Below are positions 1 to 9,722 of a stretch of 33,282 nt of DNA, one piece after another. The translations under genes and the position numbers were made by a program. The notes below the pieces were generated by a model that ran no database searches, had not been told where the DNA came from, and saw nothing but the letters and a program-made list of their open reading frames with translations. Position 1 is the first letter of the stretch. Each line of letters opens with the position of its first letter. Location of the stretch: contig DXJL01000190.1 of the NCBI GenBank assembly GCA_019057635.1, forward strand, positions 1-33,282. The letters run 5' to 3'. This DNA comes from Candidatus Heimdallarchaeota archaeon. GTDB taxonomy: Archaea; Asgardarchaeota; Heimdallarchaeia; Hodarchaeales; Hodarchaeaceae.

Positions 1-521
1 AATTTTACAGGCATTTCAGGATTATCAACCTGCATAATTTCTGGGGGCTTAAGGAAGTGACAACCATTATGAGTAGCGATTTTGATGCCTGAAAGTGGTT
101 TTCTAACTTTTGCAGCAATTTTGTCAACACCTATCTCGGTGTATAAAAATTCTGCAAAATGGTTGATCTTTATCGTTCCTTTAAACTCTTTATCAACTTC
201 TTTAAGATGCTCATTTACTTCAGCTTTAAGGTCAGGATCATTTTTTAAATGAGTATTGACCATTTTCAGCGTTTCAAAACATCCACTACATGCAGTAAGA
301 ATATCAAGACCTTGTTCTTCAGCAAGGCAAATATTACGAGCACCTAAAGTGTGCCAAGCAACGCTATCAAAAGCTTGCACCCCACCAGGATCTGGACAAC
401 AAGCGAATGGTAAATCGACGAGTTCAATGTTAAAATCGGGCATTGTTTTTCTTAAAGAGGTTTCAATAAATGGAACCCTGTAGGGTATTGTACATCCGAT
501 AAAAAAAGCGTATTTTGTCAT
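1..521 (-). CDS. hdrB: Heterodisulfide reductase subunit B (5' part; runs off the left edge; not in the ORF track)
   Basis: Manual translation from the ATG at 521, which overlaps the hdrC stop (TAATG): MTKYAFFIGCTIPYRVPFIETSLRK...FACCPDPGG...TACSGCF...THNGCHFLKP. These are CCG-domain motifs, and the frame stays open to the window edge. Confidence 0.95.
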   Translation of the reverse strand, partial: MTKYAFFIGCTIPYRVPFIETSLRKTMPDFNIELVDLPFACCPDPGGVQAFDSVAWHTLGARNICLAEEQGLDILTACSGCFETLKMVNTHLKNDPDLKAEVNEHLKEVDKEFKGTIKINHFAEFLYTEIGVDKIAAKVRKPLSGIKIATHNGCHFLKPPEIMQVDNPEMPVK

Positions 522-1018
522 TAGTTAGCATGCTCCTTTAGAGAATTGAGTTTCGCTACGACCCCTGTAACTTCCATAAGCTTCTGAATCTCACTCAGAT
601 CAGGTGGTGGGAGCTCAGGTAATTCAAGTTTTACTCTCCGTTTCATGGCGGATTGTGATATTCCAGCGGTTACTCCTGTTTCTAGTATCGCAGTCATTTC
701 GGCAATAATTCCTTCAGGAGCGTTCTTCACCTTTACAGCCATATTTTTCATTTCGTTGATGATATGACCAATATCTATCCCTTGTGGACAACGGGTACTG
801 CAAGTATAACAGCCTGTGCAGTACCATATTTGTTGTTCCTCAAATACTTCCTTGGTAAATTCACCTGCAAGTAATTTCTCCATGATTCGACGGGGATTAA
901 ACCTTGAATACTGTTTAAACACCGGACAACCGCCAGCGCAAGTACCACATTGGTAACACAGTTTTACTTTGTCATATAGGCCTTTAAATTCACCTATGAG
1001 CTCTGTTGATTCAATCAT
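521..1018 (-). CDS. hdrC: Heterodisulfide reductase subunit C
   Basis: Two CxxCxxCxxxCP motifs (CYQCGTCAGGCP, CTGCYTCSTRCPQG). GGTGA RBS upstream. Lies between hdrA and hdrB. Confidence 0.95.
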   Translation of the reverse strand: MIESTELIGEFKGLYDKVKLCYQCGTCAGGCPVFKQYSRFNPRRIMEKLLAGEFTKEVFEEQQIWYCTGCYTCSTRCPQGIDIGHIINEMKNMAVKVKNAPEGIIAEMTAILETGVTAGISQSAMKRRVKLELPELPPPDLSEIQKLMEVTGVVAKLNSLKEHAN

Positions 1019-1050
1019 TACTTTTTCTCACCTTGCTACTCCAATGGCAC

Positions 1051-3459
1051 TTAACGTTCTAATTTTCCTAGTTCTTTGAGTGTTTTAGCCATTTTATTAG
1101 CCACGGTTGTAAATCTATCGCTACTCATAAAGAAGGTTGTTTGTTTTTCCAAGCGTTGAGGATCGATGCCTGAAAATTGAAGCATTTGTTTAAGAAGCGC
1201 AACGCGAATGGTTGACGCTTGGGATCCCGAATCATAGTGACATTTATCCTCATAACAACCTAATACGATAATTCCATCAGCACCCATTGCAAAGGTCTTC
1301 TGTATGAGTCTTGCAGAAATATTACCTGTACATTGAACTGGAAGGATTCTAACAGTATGATCGTATGTTTCGGGAGTAACTTCCCCGAATCTAGTGCGAG
1401 CAGCCATACCTGATGCATCAGTCGCAGAATAGGCACATTCCCAACAAGCAAGTGTAACAATTAAGGGGTCAAGATTGTCTTTTGCATCATACAATAAGCC
1501 CTCTAGTTGACTTAGGATTATATCTTCAGAATAGTAATCCACCCCGATAGCTGCCGCGGGACATGTGGAAACACATTGACCACATCCTAAACAACTAACT
1601 GGATCAACTTGCATCTTAACACCAGGATTAGCTACAGGAATCACCTCAATAGCTCCAAATGGACAGGCAGTTACACAGAGTTCACATAGCGTACATTTAT
1701 CGTCGTCAATTACTGCCGTCGGAAACTTTTTCTCAACAGTTCCTTTTGATAATAACATATCAAGGTGACTTGCTGCATATCCTGCTCTATTAAGAGAAGT
1801 AGGGATATCTGCTGGAGCCACAGCTGTACCGGCGACAAAAACACCCGCTTTCTTCGTTTCTGTTGTTTTGAACTTAGAATAAAGCGCTTTAAAGAATCCT
1901 GTATCTGAAATATCGACTTTTAACTTCTTCGCAAGTTCCTCTGCTCCTGGAGAAGCTACCATAGACATTGAAAGTGCTACTATATCAGTTTTGATGGTGA
2001 CAAACTGATCAGCCTGTGAATCCTCCGCTTGAACATAAAGGGTAGTTCCATCTGTTTCTACCTCTGCGGGTCTACCGCGAAGAAACTTAACACCAAGATC
2101 ACGCGCTTTATTGTAGAATTCTTCGTAATTTGAACCTACAGCTCGTATATCGATATAACAACATGTTACATCAATATTCGGGTCCTTCTCTTTAATTTTA
2201 ATTGCATGTTTAATACCTATCATACAGCAAATGTTTGAACACCAGATATTATACTTTGTAGACCTTGAGCCAACACAATTTATGATGACAATGCTTTCAA
2301 CAGGATCCCCATTCTTTTTCTTTAATGATCCTAGTGTGGGTCCAGCCAAGTCAAGTAATCTAGCTAATTCGGTTTGTGTAACTACATTTTCATACCCAGG
2401 AACACCATAGTGATATTCTTCCACAAGTCTAGGGTCGAATTCCTCAAATCCAGTTGCTATTACGAATCCGCCAGCATTAATAGTTTTGGTTGTTTCCTGC
2501 ATATTTAGATCAATTGCTTCAACAGGACAAGCTTTTACACATTCAGTACACCCATCGGGACATTCTTCTCTCTCCACAACATATTTAGTTGTTGTAGATA
2601 CTCCTACAGGTAAATGCATGGCTTTACGTTTGACCATACCAAGGTTAAATTCATCTGGATTTTCTACTGGACAGGCTTGTGCACAGAGATTACAATTAAT
2701 ACATTTATCCATATGCACGTAAGTCGGTTTGACCTTTACTTCAGTAGTATAGTTACCCAAAGAACCCTTGATATCCTCAATTTCTGAATTAATATAGAGG
2801 TCAATATTGGGATGTAAGTCAAACGCTGAGCGATAATGACACCGCCTTACATGACTTTGATCGATGCCTTTAATCCCATTGCTTGGCATACAAGTAGCAC
2901 AATCTTCACTTGGGAAAAAAGTACCCATTTTTGCAGAATTACCACCAATATATGGATTCCGATCAATTAAATGTACCTTGTGGCCTTTCTCTGCCAAATC
3001 TTGAGCCGCTTGTATCCCTGCAGGACCAGCACCAATAACAATAGCAGCATCTTGAATTTCGATTCGATGTTTTTCAACATTAGTTCCATAATTGGCTTTG
3101 TTATAGGATCCTAATAAGACAGCTTTCGCTTTGTTTGTCGCTAAAGTTTTATCTGGCTCGATCCAACCAATATGTTCTCGTAAATTGGCTCCTACCATCT
3201 GATAAGGAGACATATTTACTTCTTTCACTACATCCTCGAATAAAGATCCTGCAGTTTTTGGTGTACACCCACCAAAGACAATGGAATCGGGTTGTTCTCT
3301 GTTCACCGTTTCTTTGAAGAAATTTTTGCCTTCCTGAGAACAGAGACTTTCATGATAAACACAGAAACCAGGTTTATCTTTCATAAAACTCTGAAGTTCA
3401 TCCCAATCGAGATTATCCAGTGAACCACCACAATTACACAGAAATGTACCAACTTTCAT
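1051..3459 (-). CDS. hdrA: HdrA with C-terminal MvhD [2Fe-2S] fusion
   Basis: N-terminal LCNCG/LCS/GCTP, FAD motif IGAGPAG, DCATC, inserted ferredoxins, CVGSR...CSNICC, and a C-terminal MvhD-like region (CWEC, VQCTG, GCYEDKCHY). The ATG at 3459 follows AGGTGG; the ORF track start is the GTG at 3471. Confidence 0.93.
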   Translation of the reverse strand: MKVGTFLCNCGGSLDNLDWDELQSFMKDKPGFCVYHESLCSQEGKNFFKETVNREQPDSIVFGGCTPKTAGSLFEDVVKEVNMSPYQMVGANLREHIGWIEPDKTLATNKAKAVLLGSYNKANYGTNVEKHRIEIQDAAIVIGAGPAGIQAAQDLAEKGHKVHLIDRNPYIGGNSAKMGTFFPSEDCATCMPSNGIKGIDQSHVRRCHYRSAFDLHPNIDLYINSEIEDIKGSLGNYTTEVKVKPTYVHMDKCINCNLCAQACPVENPDEFNLGMVKRKAMHLPVGVSTTTKYVVEREECPDGCTECVKACPVEAIDLNMQETTKTINAGGFVIATGFEEFDPRLVEEYHYGVPGYENVVTQTELARLLDLAGPTLGSLKKKNGDPVESIVIINCVGSRSTKYNIWCSNICCMIGIKHAIKIKEKDPNIDVTCCYIDIRAVGSNYEEFYNKARDLGVKFLRGRPAEVETDGTTLYVQAEDSQADQFVTIKTDIVALSMSMVASPGAEELAKKLKVDISDTGFFKALYSKFKTTETKKAGVFVAGTAVAPADIPTSLNRAGYAASHLDMLLSKGTVEKKFPTAVIDDDKCTLCELCVTACPFGAIEVIPVANPGVKMQVDPVSCLGCGQCVSTCPAAAIGVDYYSEDIILSQLEGLLYDAKDNLDPLIVTLACWECAYSATDASGMAARTRFGEVTPETYDHTVRILPVQCTGNISARLIQKTFAMGADGIIVLGCYEDKCHYDSGSQASTIRVALLKQMLQFSGIDPQRLEKQTTFFMSSDRFTTVANKMAKTLKELGKLER

Positions 3460-3474
3460 TGCTTTTGCCACCTT

Positions 3475-4932
3475 TTATTCCTCCCAATTCCTTAGGGTTC
3501 TAAGAGTAGACCCTTTATGATCAATTAACTGTACTTCTGTAGCAACAGCTCCTGATTTCAACACGTGAGTAGCACAGCTGAAACACGGATCATATGCTCT
3601 TACGATCATTTCTAATCGATTAAGTAATCCTTCAGCTGGTTCAGCGTCAACGATTAATTCTTTAGCTGTTACATTGACTGACCGGTTTATTGCTTCATTA
3701 TTACTGACTGTTGCCACAATTAAATTGACATCTGTAACCATTCCTTTCCTATCAGTGACATAATGATGGAAAAGAATACCTCGGTGCGCTTCTAGTATCC
3801 CAATACCGTGTTCTTCTCGGGGTTCGACTGCTGTACGAAGCTTAGTGCCAAGAATCTCTGGATCTTGAAGAAGATCAAGAGATACTTCAACGGCATGAGC
3901 CAATTCAATAATTCTTGCATAATTGTATAAGAGAGATTGAGGAGTGGGACGACCAAATTTGTTACGGAACTCTGTAAGAAGCTCCTGTGCTAATGGAGTA
4001 TCGATCTTATCTGCTGCATTAATTCTGGCAAGAGGTCCGACACGATAACATCCTTCTTCAAAGGATCTCTTTTTGTAGTAAGGGAATTTCAGATAAGAAT
4101 AGTCTTTAACTCGCTCAGAGATAATATCTCTGTAGGAAGTATCAGTACTTGAAAATTCTTCAAGAATTTGAGCATCAGATCCGATTAATCGAACTTTACC
4201 ATCATAGAATCGTAATTCACCTTGGTTTCCTACCATACCCATATGCATAGTTGGGAGATACCCTAAGGTACCTATTGCCTCTGCGTACTGATCAAAGAGA
4301 GCCAGTGCAGTGTCTTTGGCCTCTGGTAGAAAATTAGTTGCGAGGTCCTTTACATCTCTTTCTATTGAATCACGATCTTCTTGAGAAAGCCCCTGAGATT
4401 GTCCACCTGGAACACCAGTAACAGGATGAACTGTTCTTCCACCAAGAATTTTAGTTATCTGTTGACCGACTTTTCTGGCTGCAATCACTTTTTTGACAAG
4501 TTCTGGATTAGCTTCCAATACTCCGAACACATTTCTTTTGGCTGGATCAGAATCAGGTCCTAATACTAAATCTGGAGCTGCAAGATAGAAGAAATGTAAT
4601 ACATGCGAATGAATGAAAGAACCCATATGCATTAGACGGCGTAACTTGTACGCAGTTGGAGGAATATCTAACGGATCTAATCCGAATGTCCTATCAACAG
4701 CCTTTGCTGAGGCCAAATGATGAGGAGTATGGCAAATTCCACACATACGTGGAGTAATCAACGGCATTTCTTCAACTGGTCTGCCTATGAGAAATTTCTC
4801 GAACCCACGAAACTCAACAACTTTTACTTGAGAGTCAATTAGTTTATTGTTTGCATCTAAGAACAGTTTGATTTCGGCATGACCCTCGATTCGAGTAACG
4901 GGATCTATTTTAATGATCTTGGTTGCTTCCAT
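3475..4932 (-). CDS. mvhA: Group 3c [NiFe] hydrogenase large subunit
   Basis: RIEGH, RGFE, L1 motif PRMCGIC, L2 motif YDPCFSCATH followed by a cleavable C-terminal extension. Adjacent to mvhG and hdrABC. Confidence 0.95.
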   Translation of the reverse strand: MEATKIIKIDPVTRIEGHAEIKLFLDANNKLIDSQVKVVEFRGFEKFLIGRPVEEMPLITPRMCGICHTPHHLASAKAVDRTFGLDPLDIPPTAYKLRRLMHMGSFIHSHVLHFFYLAAPDLVLGPDSDPAKRNVFGVLEANPELVKKVIAARKVGQQITKILGGRTVHPVTGVPGGQSQGLSQEDRDSIERDVKDLATNFLPEAKDTALALFDQYAEAIGTLGYLPTMHMGMVGNQGELRFYDGKVRLIGSDAQILEEFSSTDTSYRDIISERVKDYSYLKFPYYKKRSFEEGCYRVGPLARINAADKIDTPLAQELLTEFRNKFGRPTPQSLLYNYARIIELAHAVEVSLDLLQDPEILGTKLRTAVEPREEHGIGILEAHRGILFHHYVTDRKGMVTDVNLIVATVSNNEAINRSVNVTAKELIVDAEPAEGLLNRLEMIVRAYDPCFSCATHVLKSGAVATEVQLIDHKGSTLRTLRNWEE

Positions 4933-5852
4933 TATTGGTCCTTCTCCTTGAATTTTCCTAGTTTTGAATACGCGTATTGATGCTGATAAAGGATAGAAAT
5001 GGGATCGTTACCCATGGCTTCAAGTACTTGTTCGACTCCAACTTGACTAGCTAAAGTTCCCAAAAACGAAGCTGCATCAGCTCCAGGATCAGTTCCTTTC
5101 TCTGGATCAGGATTTAAAGGTCCGTGACAACCCCGACAAGGTACACCAACTTTTGTACATCTAGCATCGCATAATCCCCAAGTAACAGGTCCCACACAAA
5201 TATATCCTTGTTCTAAGAAACACTTATCTGGATCAATCTCCTCACCTGCAGATTTATACCAACGCTTGAGTTCTGTGATTTTCGTATGGCTCTTCTCTCT
5301 TGGACAAGGTTCACACACAGATTGATTGGGTAAGTCGAGAGGTTTTCCATCTAACAAAGCCATGACTCCTGTAGCAATCAATTCCGGAACAGGAGGACAG
5401 CCTGGAATGACAACATCTACATCAATTACTGATGACAATGGAGCTACTTTTTCTGTTAAGGGTGGAACGTCATCTCTTGGTTCTCGCCCTAGAGGGTTAT
5501 CTAAACCCATGCAATTTCCTGGGTAGTAAACCTTATCGAAAATTTCTTCTCGTGTATATAAGTTTCCTAGTCCAGGAGTTCCACCAAAACAGGCACAACT
5601 CCCTAAAGAGACTATAATCTTACAATTTTTTCGCATTTCTTTAGCTACGTGAATATTGTGTTCATTCCTTATTCCTCCGGTTATAATACCCACATCAGCC
5701 GGAACAAATTCCTTTACATCGACTAGAACAGGAGATCTCACGATATCAGCTTTAGCTAGCACGTCTAGAATGGCTTCATGGATATCCAGAAGAGATATAT
5801 GACATCCACTGCACACCATCAACCACTCTGTCGCAATTCTTGCTTTACTCAT
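4932..5852 (-). CDS. mvhG: Group 3c [NiFe] hydrogenase small subunit
   Basis: CSGC, GSCACFGG, PGCPP, CEPC, CFLEQGYICVGP, C..VGVPCRGC. GAGGA RBS. TAATG coupling to mvhA. Confidence 0.95.
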   Translation of the reverse strand: MSKARIATEWLMVCSGCHISLLDIHEAILDVLAKADIVRSPVLVDVKEFVPADVGIITGGIRNEHNIHVAKEMRKNCKIIVSLGSCACFGGTPGLGNLYTREEIFDKVYYPGNCMGLDNPLGREPRDDVPPLTEKVAPLSSVIDVDVVIPGCPPVPELIATGVMALLDGKPLDLPNQSVCEPCPREKSHTKITELKRWYKSAGEEIDPDKCFLEQGYICVGPVTWGLCDARCTKVGVPCRGCHGPLNPDPEKGTDPGADAASFLGTLASQVGVEQVLEAMGNDPISILYQHQYAYSKLGKFKEKDQ

Positions 5853-5963
5853 ATTACGTATCCTCAGATTAATTAATATTAATTAATGTTTGATCTAAGA
5901 TTAAAAATAAAATTATTTTCTGAATAGATGGCCAAACTAATGAAAATTATCGCTAGGATGTTT

Positions 5964-5994
5964 TTTTTATATCTATCTGTAACTATTGTTAATC
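5964..5994 (-). promoter_or_regulatory. Putative TATA box plus upstream palindromic operator (AACAATAGTT) of the mvh-hdr operon
   Basis: The minus strand reads TTAACAATAGTTACAGATAGATATAAAAAAAA. The same motif and spacing occur upstream of the second hdr operon. Confidence 0.45.
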
Positions 5995-6107
5995 ATCGCT
6001 GAAATGAGATTGTATATAATATAATTGTATTATCTCTGTAGAGACATAAAAGAAAGAAAGTACTAGAAAAATTGAGTTTGCCAGACCTATGAATTTCCTT
6101 ATTGTGT

Positions 6108-6620
6108 TTAAAAAAGACTTAAGATGTGTTTTTTTAGCTTGGGAATGAGTTTATTAACACCTTTTCTCACCTCAGGAGTTAATTCTTCACTAATAAAGCC
6201 TATTTCCTTAATTTGAACTCCATAGATTTCTATGGGATTAGGTACTTTATATCCACCCATTTTGGCATATTTTAGTACAGGTAAAACACCGACTCCATGG
6301 GACGATATTCCGCTTGATTGTCTAATGTCGATTTCATTTAAATTTTCCAAATAAAAGAGATCACCAGGTTTCAATCCTTGATCAGCCATAGAAGCGGCAT
6401 CAACGATTATTGCATGTTCAAATCCATCAATCGCGTCTAGGATGTCCAAACCCCCTGTATTCAGATATTGAAACGAAATTTCAAGATGTTTTAAAGTTTC
6501 ATCCTGTTCCAGCTGCTCGACTACACGTATTCCAGCGCCATCATCCATTCTGATTGAATTCCCTACTCCTAGAACGACTAATTTTTTTGATTTGCTCAAT
6601 ATACTTAGTTTCCTTTCCAA
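6108..6620 (-). CDS. Hydrogenase maturation protease (HycI/HyaD family)
   Basis: VLGVGNSIRMDDGAG, IIVDA, SSHG motifs. The ORF track start at 6779 looks over-extended; the in-frame TTG at 6620 is a plausible but uncertain start. Confidence 0.9.
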   Translation of the reverse strand: MERKLSILSKSKKLVVLGVGNSIRMDDGAGIRVVEQLEQDETLKHLEISFQYLNTGGLDILDAIDGFEHAIIVDAASMADQGLKPGDLFYLENLNEIDIRQSSGISSHGVGVLPVLKYAKMGGYKVPNPIEIYGVQIKEIGFISEELTPEVRKGVNKLIPKLKKHILSLF

Positions 6621-6959
6621 ATTTTCAATGAGTGTTTGAGTAGAGAGAAATTCTACATTTCTATTATAGATATAGTTAACATGAATTAACCATCGTGGAT
6701 ATCTATTTATACACGAATGTGTGTAATTACAAGTCTTATTGTAATATCGATAATTTTCGTTACAGTAAGATAAAAACATCCTTTAACATCTTGAGACGAT
6801 TAAAACGACAAGTTCACCTTTGAAAAAACAATTGAAGTTTATTCCTTCATTAATTTCCGTGTTTATTTCTTATTTCTCAAGAAGGAGCGCCAAAGAGGGG
6901 CGCAATAGAATGTCTATTTAAATCAGGGAAAGGAGGAAAAATAAAAAATACATAAAAAA

Positions 6960-7448
6960 TTGTCTGTTCTACTCTTAATTTTTTCCGTTCTGACATTAGT
7001 TCCAGTGGTTTCAGTATCGGCTAAGAAACCCCTGATAGGTCAAATGGATCTAGTGCTAGTTCTTGCTCCACACCCAAAGGGTCCTATTACTTGGCTGGGA
7101 ACCATAGAATTTGAAGATAAGGGTACTTATGACATGCGATTCATCTTGATTGGAACAAGAATCCCTCGTGACGGCCCAACAGGGAAAGCTGGCCATTTCG
7201 GTGAGATTTGGGAAATATTCGATGGAGATCCCGACGAGCCAATCTTATGGGGTTATGACAAGGGTGTAACCAATCAAAAGAAGGATCTGACTTGTTGGCC
7301 ATATAGAATGAATGGCAAAGTGGAATATGTAGCTTCAGGCTGGGAGGATTATCTTGGTCGGAATGTGCATATGAGTGGAATTATAACGTGGTATGGTCCA
7401 CCAGGCACCCCAGGAAGTATTGCCCCAGGTGTATTCCGAATAAACTAA
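6960..7448 (+). CDS. Hypothetical secreted beta-rich protein
   Basis: Hydrophobic N-terminus ending VSVSA-KK (signal-peptide-like), AGGAGG at 6931-6936, T-tract downstream. No family recognised and the start is uncertain. Confidence 0.7.
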   Translation: MSVLLLIFSVLTLVPVVSVSAKKPLIGQMDLVLVLAPHPKGPITWLGTIEFEDKGTYDMRFILIGTRIPRDGPTGKAGHFGEIWEIFDGDPDEPILWGYDKGVTNQKKDLTCWPYRMNGKVEYVASGWEDYLGRNVHMSGIITWYGPPGTPGSIAPGVFRIN

Positions 7449-7489
7449 TGTCGAAGAAACCTAGCAAACTCTTGGTATTGTCCAATAGA

Positions 7490-7521
7490 CCTCCCCCTTC
7501 TTTTTTTTTTTTTTTTTTTTT
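7490..7521 (+). terminator. Pyrimidine tract with a 21-nt poly-T, likely terminator
   Basis: CCTCCCCCTTC followed by T21 (7501-7521), about 50 nt after the stop at 7448. Confidence 0.6.
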
Positions 7522-7615
7522 GAGACAAGACGTGAAATTGATTCCTCCATCGCAAAGTTTACAAGGTTTATATCATCTTAGACAAAAAATACCAATTTAA
7601 TTTTGTGGAATTGTC

Positions 7616-8512
7616 ATGGTAAGTTCTGTTCATTTCTTATTCACATATGCGTGTCTTTTTGAATGTGATCACTGCTTTTTATTCTGTAGTCCTTCATCTA
7701 AAGGTACTTTTACTCACAAGCAATTGGCAAAAGTATTCTTAGATTTCAAAAATATTGATACTCTTTCATTCGTGTATTTTGAAGGGGGAGAACCCTTTTT
7801 ATATTATGCACAAATACTGGAAGGCATCAGAATGGCTAAAGAGATGGGCCTTAAGACTGGGATTGTTACAAATGGTTATTGGGCAACCTCAGTAGCTGAT
7901 GCAGAATTATGGTTACGTCCTCTTCTGGAACTTGGTATTTCTGATATCAGCATAAGTAATGATCTTTTTCATTATGGTGAAGAGCAAGAAAATCTAGCTC
8001 TAAACGCGCTTAAAGCGTTAAATCGACTCAAGCTACCTGGAGATTCGATTTGCATTGATAAACCATCAATAACAGATGAAAAAGATCAAGAAAAAGGAGC
8101 TCCAGTAGTGGGAGGAGGAGTAATGTTTAGAGGACGTGCTACTGAAACATTAACTGAAGGTTTACCTACTAAACATTGGAATGAATTTACAGAATGTCCC
8201 TATGAAGACTTAGAAAACCCTCAAAGAGTTCATCTCGATGCCTACGGACATGTTCATATCTGTCAAGGATTGAGTATGGGTAATATCTGGAAAATCCCTT
8301 TATCGAAACTAACACTTGAATACGATGGAAAAACTCACCCCATATGTGGACCATTAATAAAAGGCGGCCCGGCTCAATTGGCGAGAGAATTTAATATGTT
8401 TGAGGAGGAAAAGTTTATCGATCACTGTCACCTCTGTTTTACAGTTCGGAAAGCCTTAGTAGAAAAATTTCCCGAGTATTTAGGACCGAAACAGGTGTAT
8501 GGACTTGATTAG
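7616..8512 (+). CDS. Radical SAM protein
   Basis: CLFECDHC (CxxxCxxC), FEGGEP, VTNGYW, and C-terminal SPASM/twitch-like cysteines (ECP, HICQG, HCHLC). Confidence 0.9.
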   Translation: MVSSVHFLFTYACLFECDHCFLFCSPSSKGTFTHKQLAKVFLDFKNIDTLSFVYFEGGEPFLYYAQILEGIRMAKEMGLKTGIVTNGYWATSVADAELWLRPLLELGISDISISNDLFHYGEEQENLALNALKALNRLKLPGDSICIDKPSITDEKDQEKGAPVVGGGVMFRGRATETLTEGLPTKHWNEFTECPYEDLENPQRVHLDAYGHVHICQGLSMGNIWKIPLSKLTLEYDGKTHPICGPLIKGGPAQLAREFNMFEEEKFIDHCHLCFTVRKALVEKFPEYLGPKQVYGLD

Positions 8513-8529
8513 AAAGAACTCGCTCCCAA

Positions 8530-8560
8530 ATGAAAAAGAGGGGGAGAGAAAAAAAGGGTT
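8530..8560 (-). terminator. T-rich terminator of the hdrD-hdrA-mvhD-qmoC operon
   Basis: Minus-strand CCCTTTTTTTCTCTCCCCCTCTTTTT immediately after the qmoC-like stop, in a convergent intergenic gap. Confidence 0.5.
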
Positions 8561-9715
8561 TTATGTGGCTGTGAGCATCCGAGCTTTTGCTTTGACCGTG
8601 GCGAAATAAATTGCCAATGGTCTATAGAGCATATGGGACCATTTACCAAACGGAACTTCGATAATTAACATAGGCCCAGCTATCATGAGATGGATTACAT
8701 ATATGATATAGGTAGGGTAGGTGAAATTCATAAGACGAAATAAATGAAGGAATATTCCAGTAAATGCGGTTAAAAACAATAGAATCAAGAACAACCAATC
8801 TGAAGTATGTGAAAACTTGTGCACTTGCTCTTTCTTTTTGTAACGGCTCCACATGGATTCTAGTGCTATAAGCAATAGTGCAGCCGAACTATAATATCCC
8901 AGAAGCGAAGTTATATCCCAACGTGTATCATCTACTTGAAATATATCAATAAAGACAACAACTAGGGAAAATATTGTAATATAACCTGATACTAAAAACA
9001 GATGTTTGATCCATCGGAACTTGTTATCACACTTGCTCCATTTAAATTGTGTTACAAGGCTTAATCCTGCTATAAAATATGCTCGTATCTCAGTGAAATA
9101 CAGCTTAAGTGGTACCTTTACACTTTTATCATTGAGAATAATATAATAGAACATTCTAAAAGCATTTGAAAGCAACAGAATAGCTAAGGTCCCTCCAAGT
9201 ATAAGATCAGCAATGTGAATCCATTCTTTAGGAGCGAAACTATCAATGGACACATTTTCACCTTCCATCGTGCTAATCCCGGTAATATTTGCAAAAACGA
9301 AAATTCCTAGAATTAATAATGCAAGAGCAATAAGTGAACCAAATTCCCATTTGTGGGAAAGATAAAACCGTTTTGACAATCCAGTCCAATCATATCGTGA
9401 TGTAAGATACCGACGTGTAGCCATCATAAATTCCCCAGGCTCAGCTTGACTTGGACATGAAGTAGAGCAGTCACCGCAATAATAACATAACCAAGGTTCG
9501 GGATGGGATAATAATTTATCTTCTAAACCCAGTTTGGCATACCGAATTAATTTACGAGGGAATTCGTTACCACTCACTGAAAGGGGACATGCAACAGTAC
9601 ATTGCCCACAGGAAAAGCAGGCTGAGACATCAAATGCACCAAACTTCTTAATTGTACTAAAAAACTCTGGTTTGACTGTAAGCGCCTTTTTTGAACTAGT
9701 ATGAATAGTAGCCAC
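8561..9715 (-). CDS. qmoC: QmoC-like protein: HdrC-type 2x[4Fe-4S] domain fused to a NarI/HdrE-type membrane cytochrome b
   Basis: CFSCGQCTVACP and CYYCGDCSTSCP, about six TM helices with intramembrane His residues, and C-terminal VPFGKWSHMLYRP typical of QmoC. Confidence 0.85.
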   Translation of the reverse strand: MATIHTSSKKALTVKPEFFSTIKKFGAFDVSACFSCGQCTVACPLSVSGNEFPRKLIRYAKLGLEDKLLSHPEPWLCYYCGDCSTSCPSQAEPGEFMMATRRYLTSRYDWTGLSKRFYLSHKWEFGSLIALALLILGIFVFANITGISTMEGENVSIDSFAPKEWIHIADLILGGTLAILLLSNAFRMFYYIILNDKSVKVPLKLYFTEIRAYFIAGLSLVTQFKWSKCDNKFRWIKHLFLVSGYITIFSLVVVFIDIFQVDDTRWDITSLLGYYSSAALLLIALESMWSRYKKKEQVHKFSHTSDWLFLILLFLTAFTGIFLHLFRLMNFTYPTYIIYVIHLMIAGPMLIIEVPFGKWSHMLYRPLAIYFATVKAKARMLTAT

Positions 9716-9722
9716 GATTGTT

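Noticed and set aside
256-483. 75-aa plus-strand ORF
   Set aside because: It is antisense to the hdrB frame, which has clear CCG motifs.
7388-7600. 70-aa ORF with a poly-Phe run
   Set aside because: It reads through the T21 terminator tract and overlaps the upstream gene.
4932-8512. Cys/His motifs as c-type heme sites (e.g. CSGCH, CGICH, CRGCH in mvhG/mvhA)
   Set aside because: They are Fe-S or Ni ligands of cytoplasmic hydrogenase subunits with no export signal, so they are not Ccm clients.
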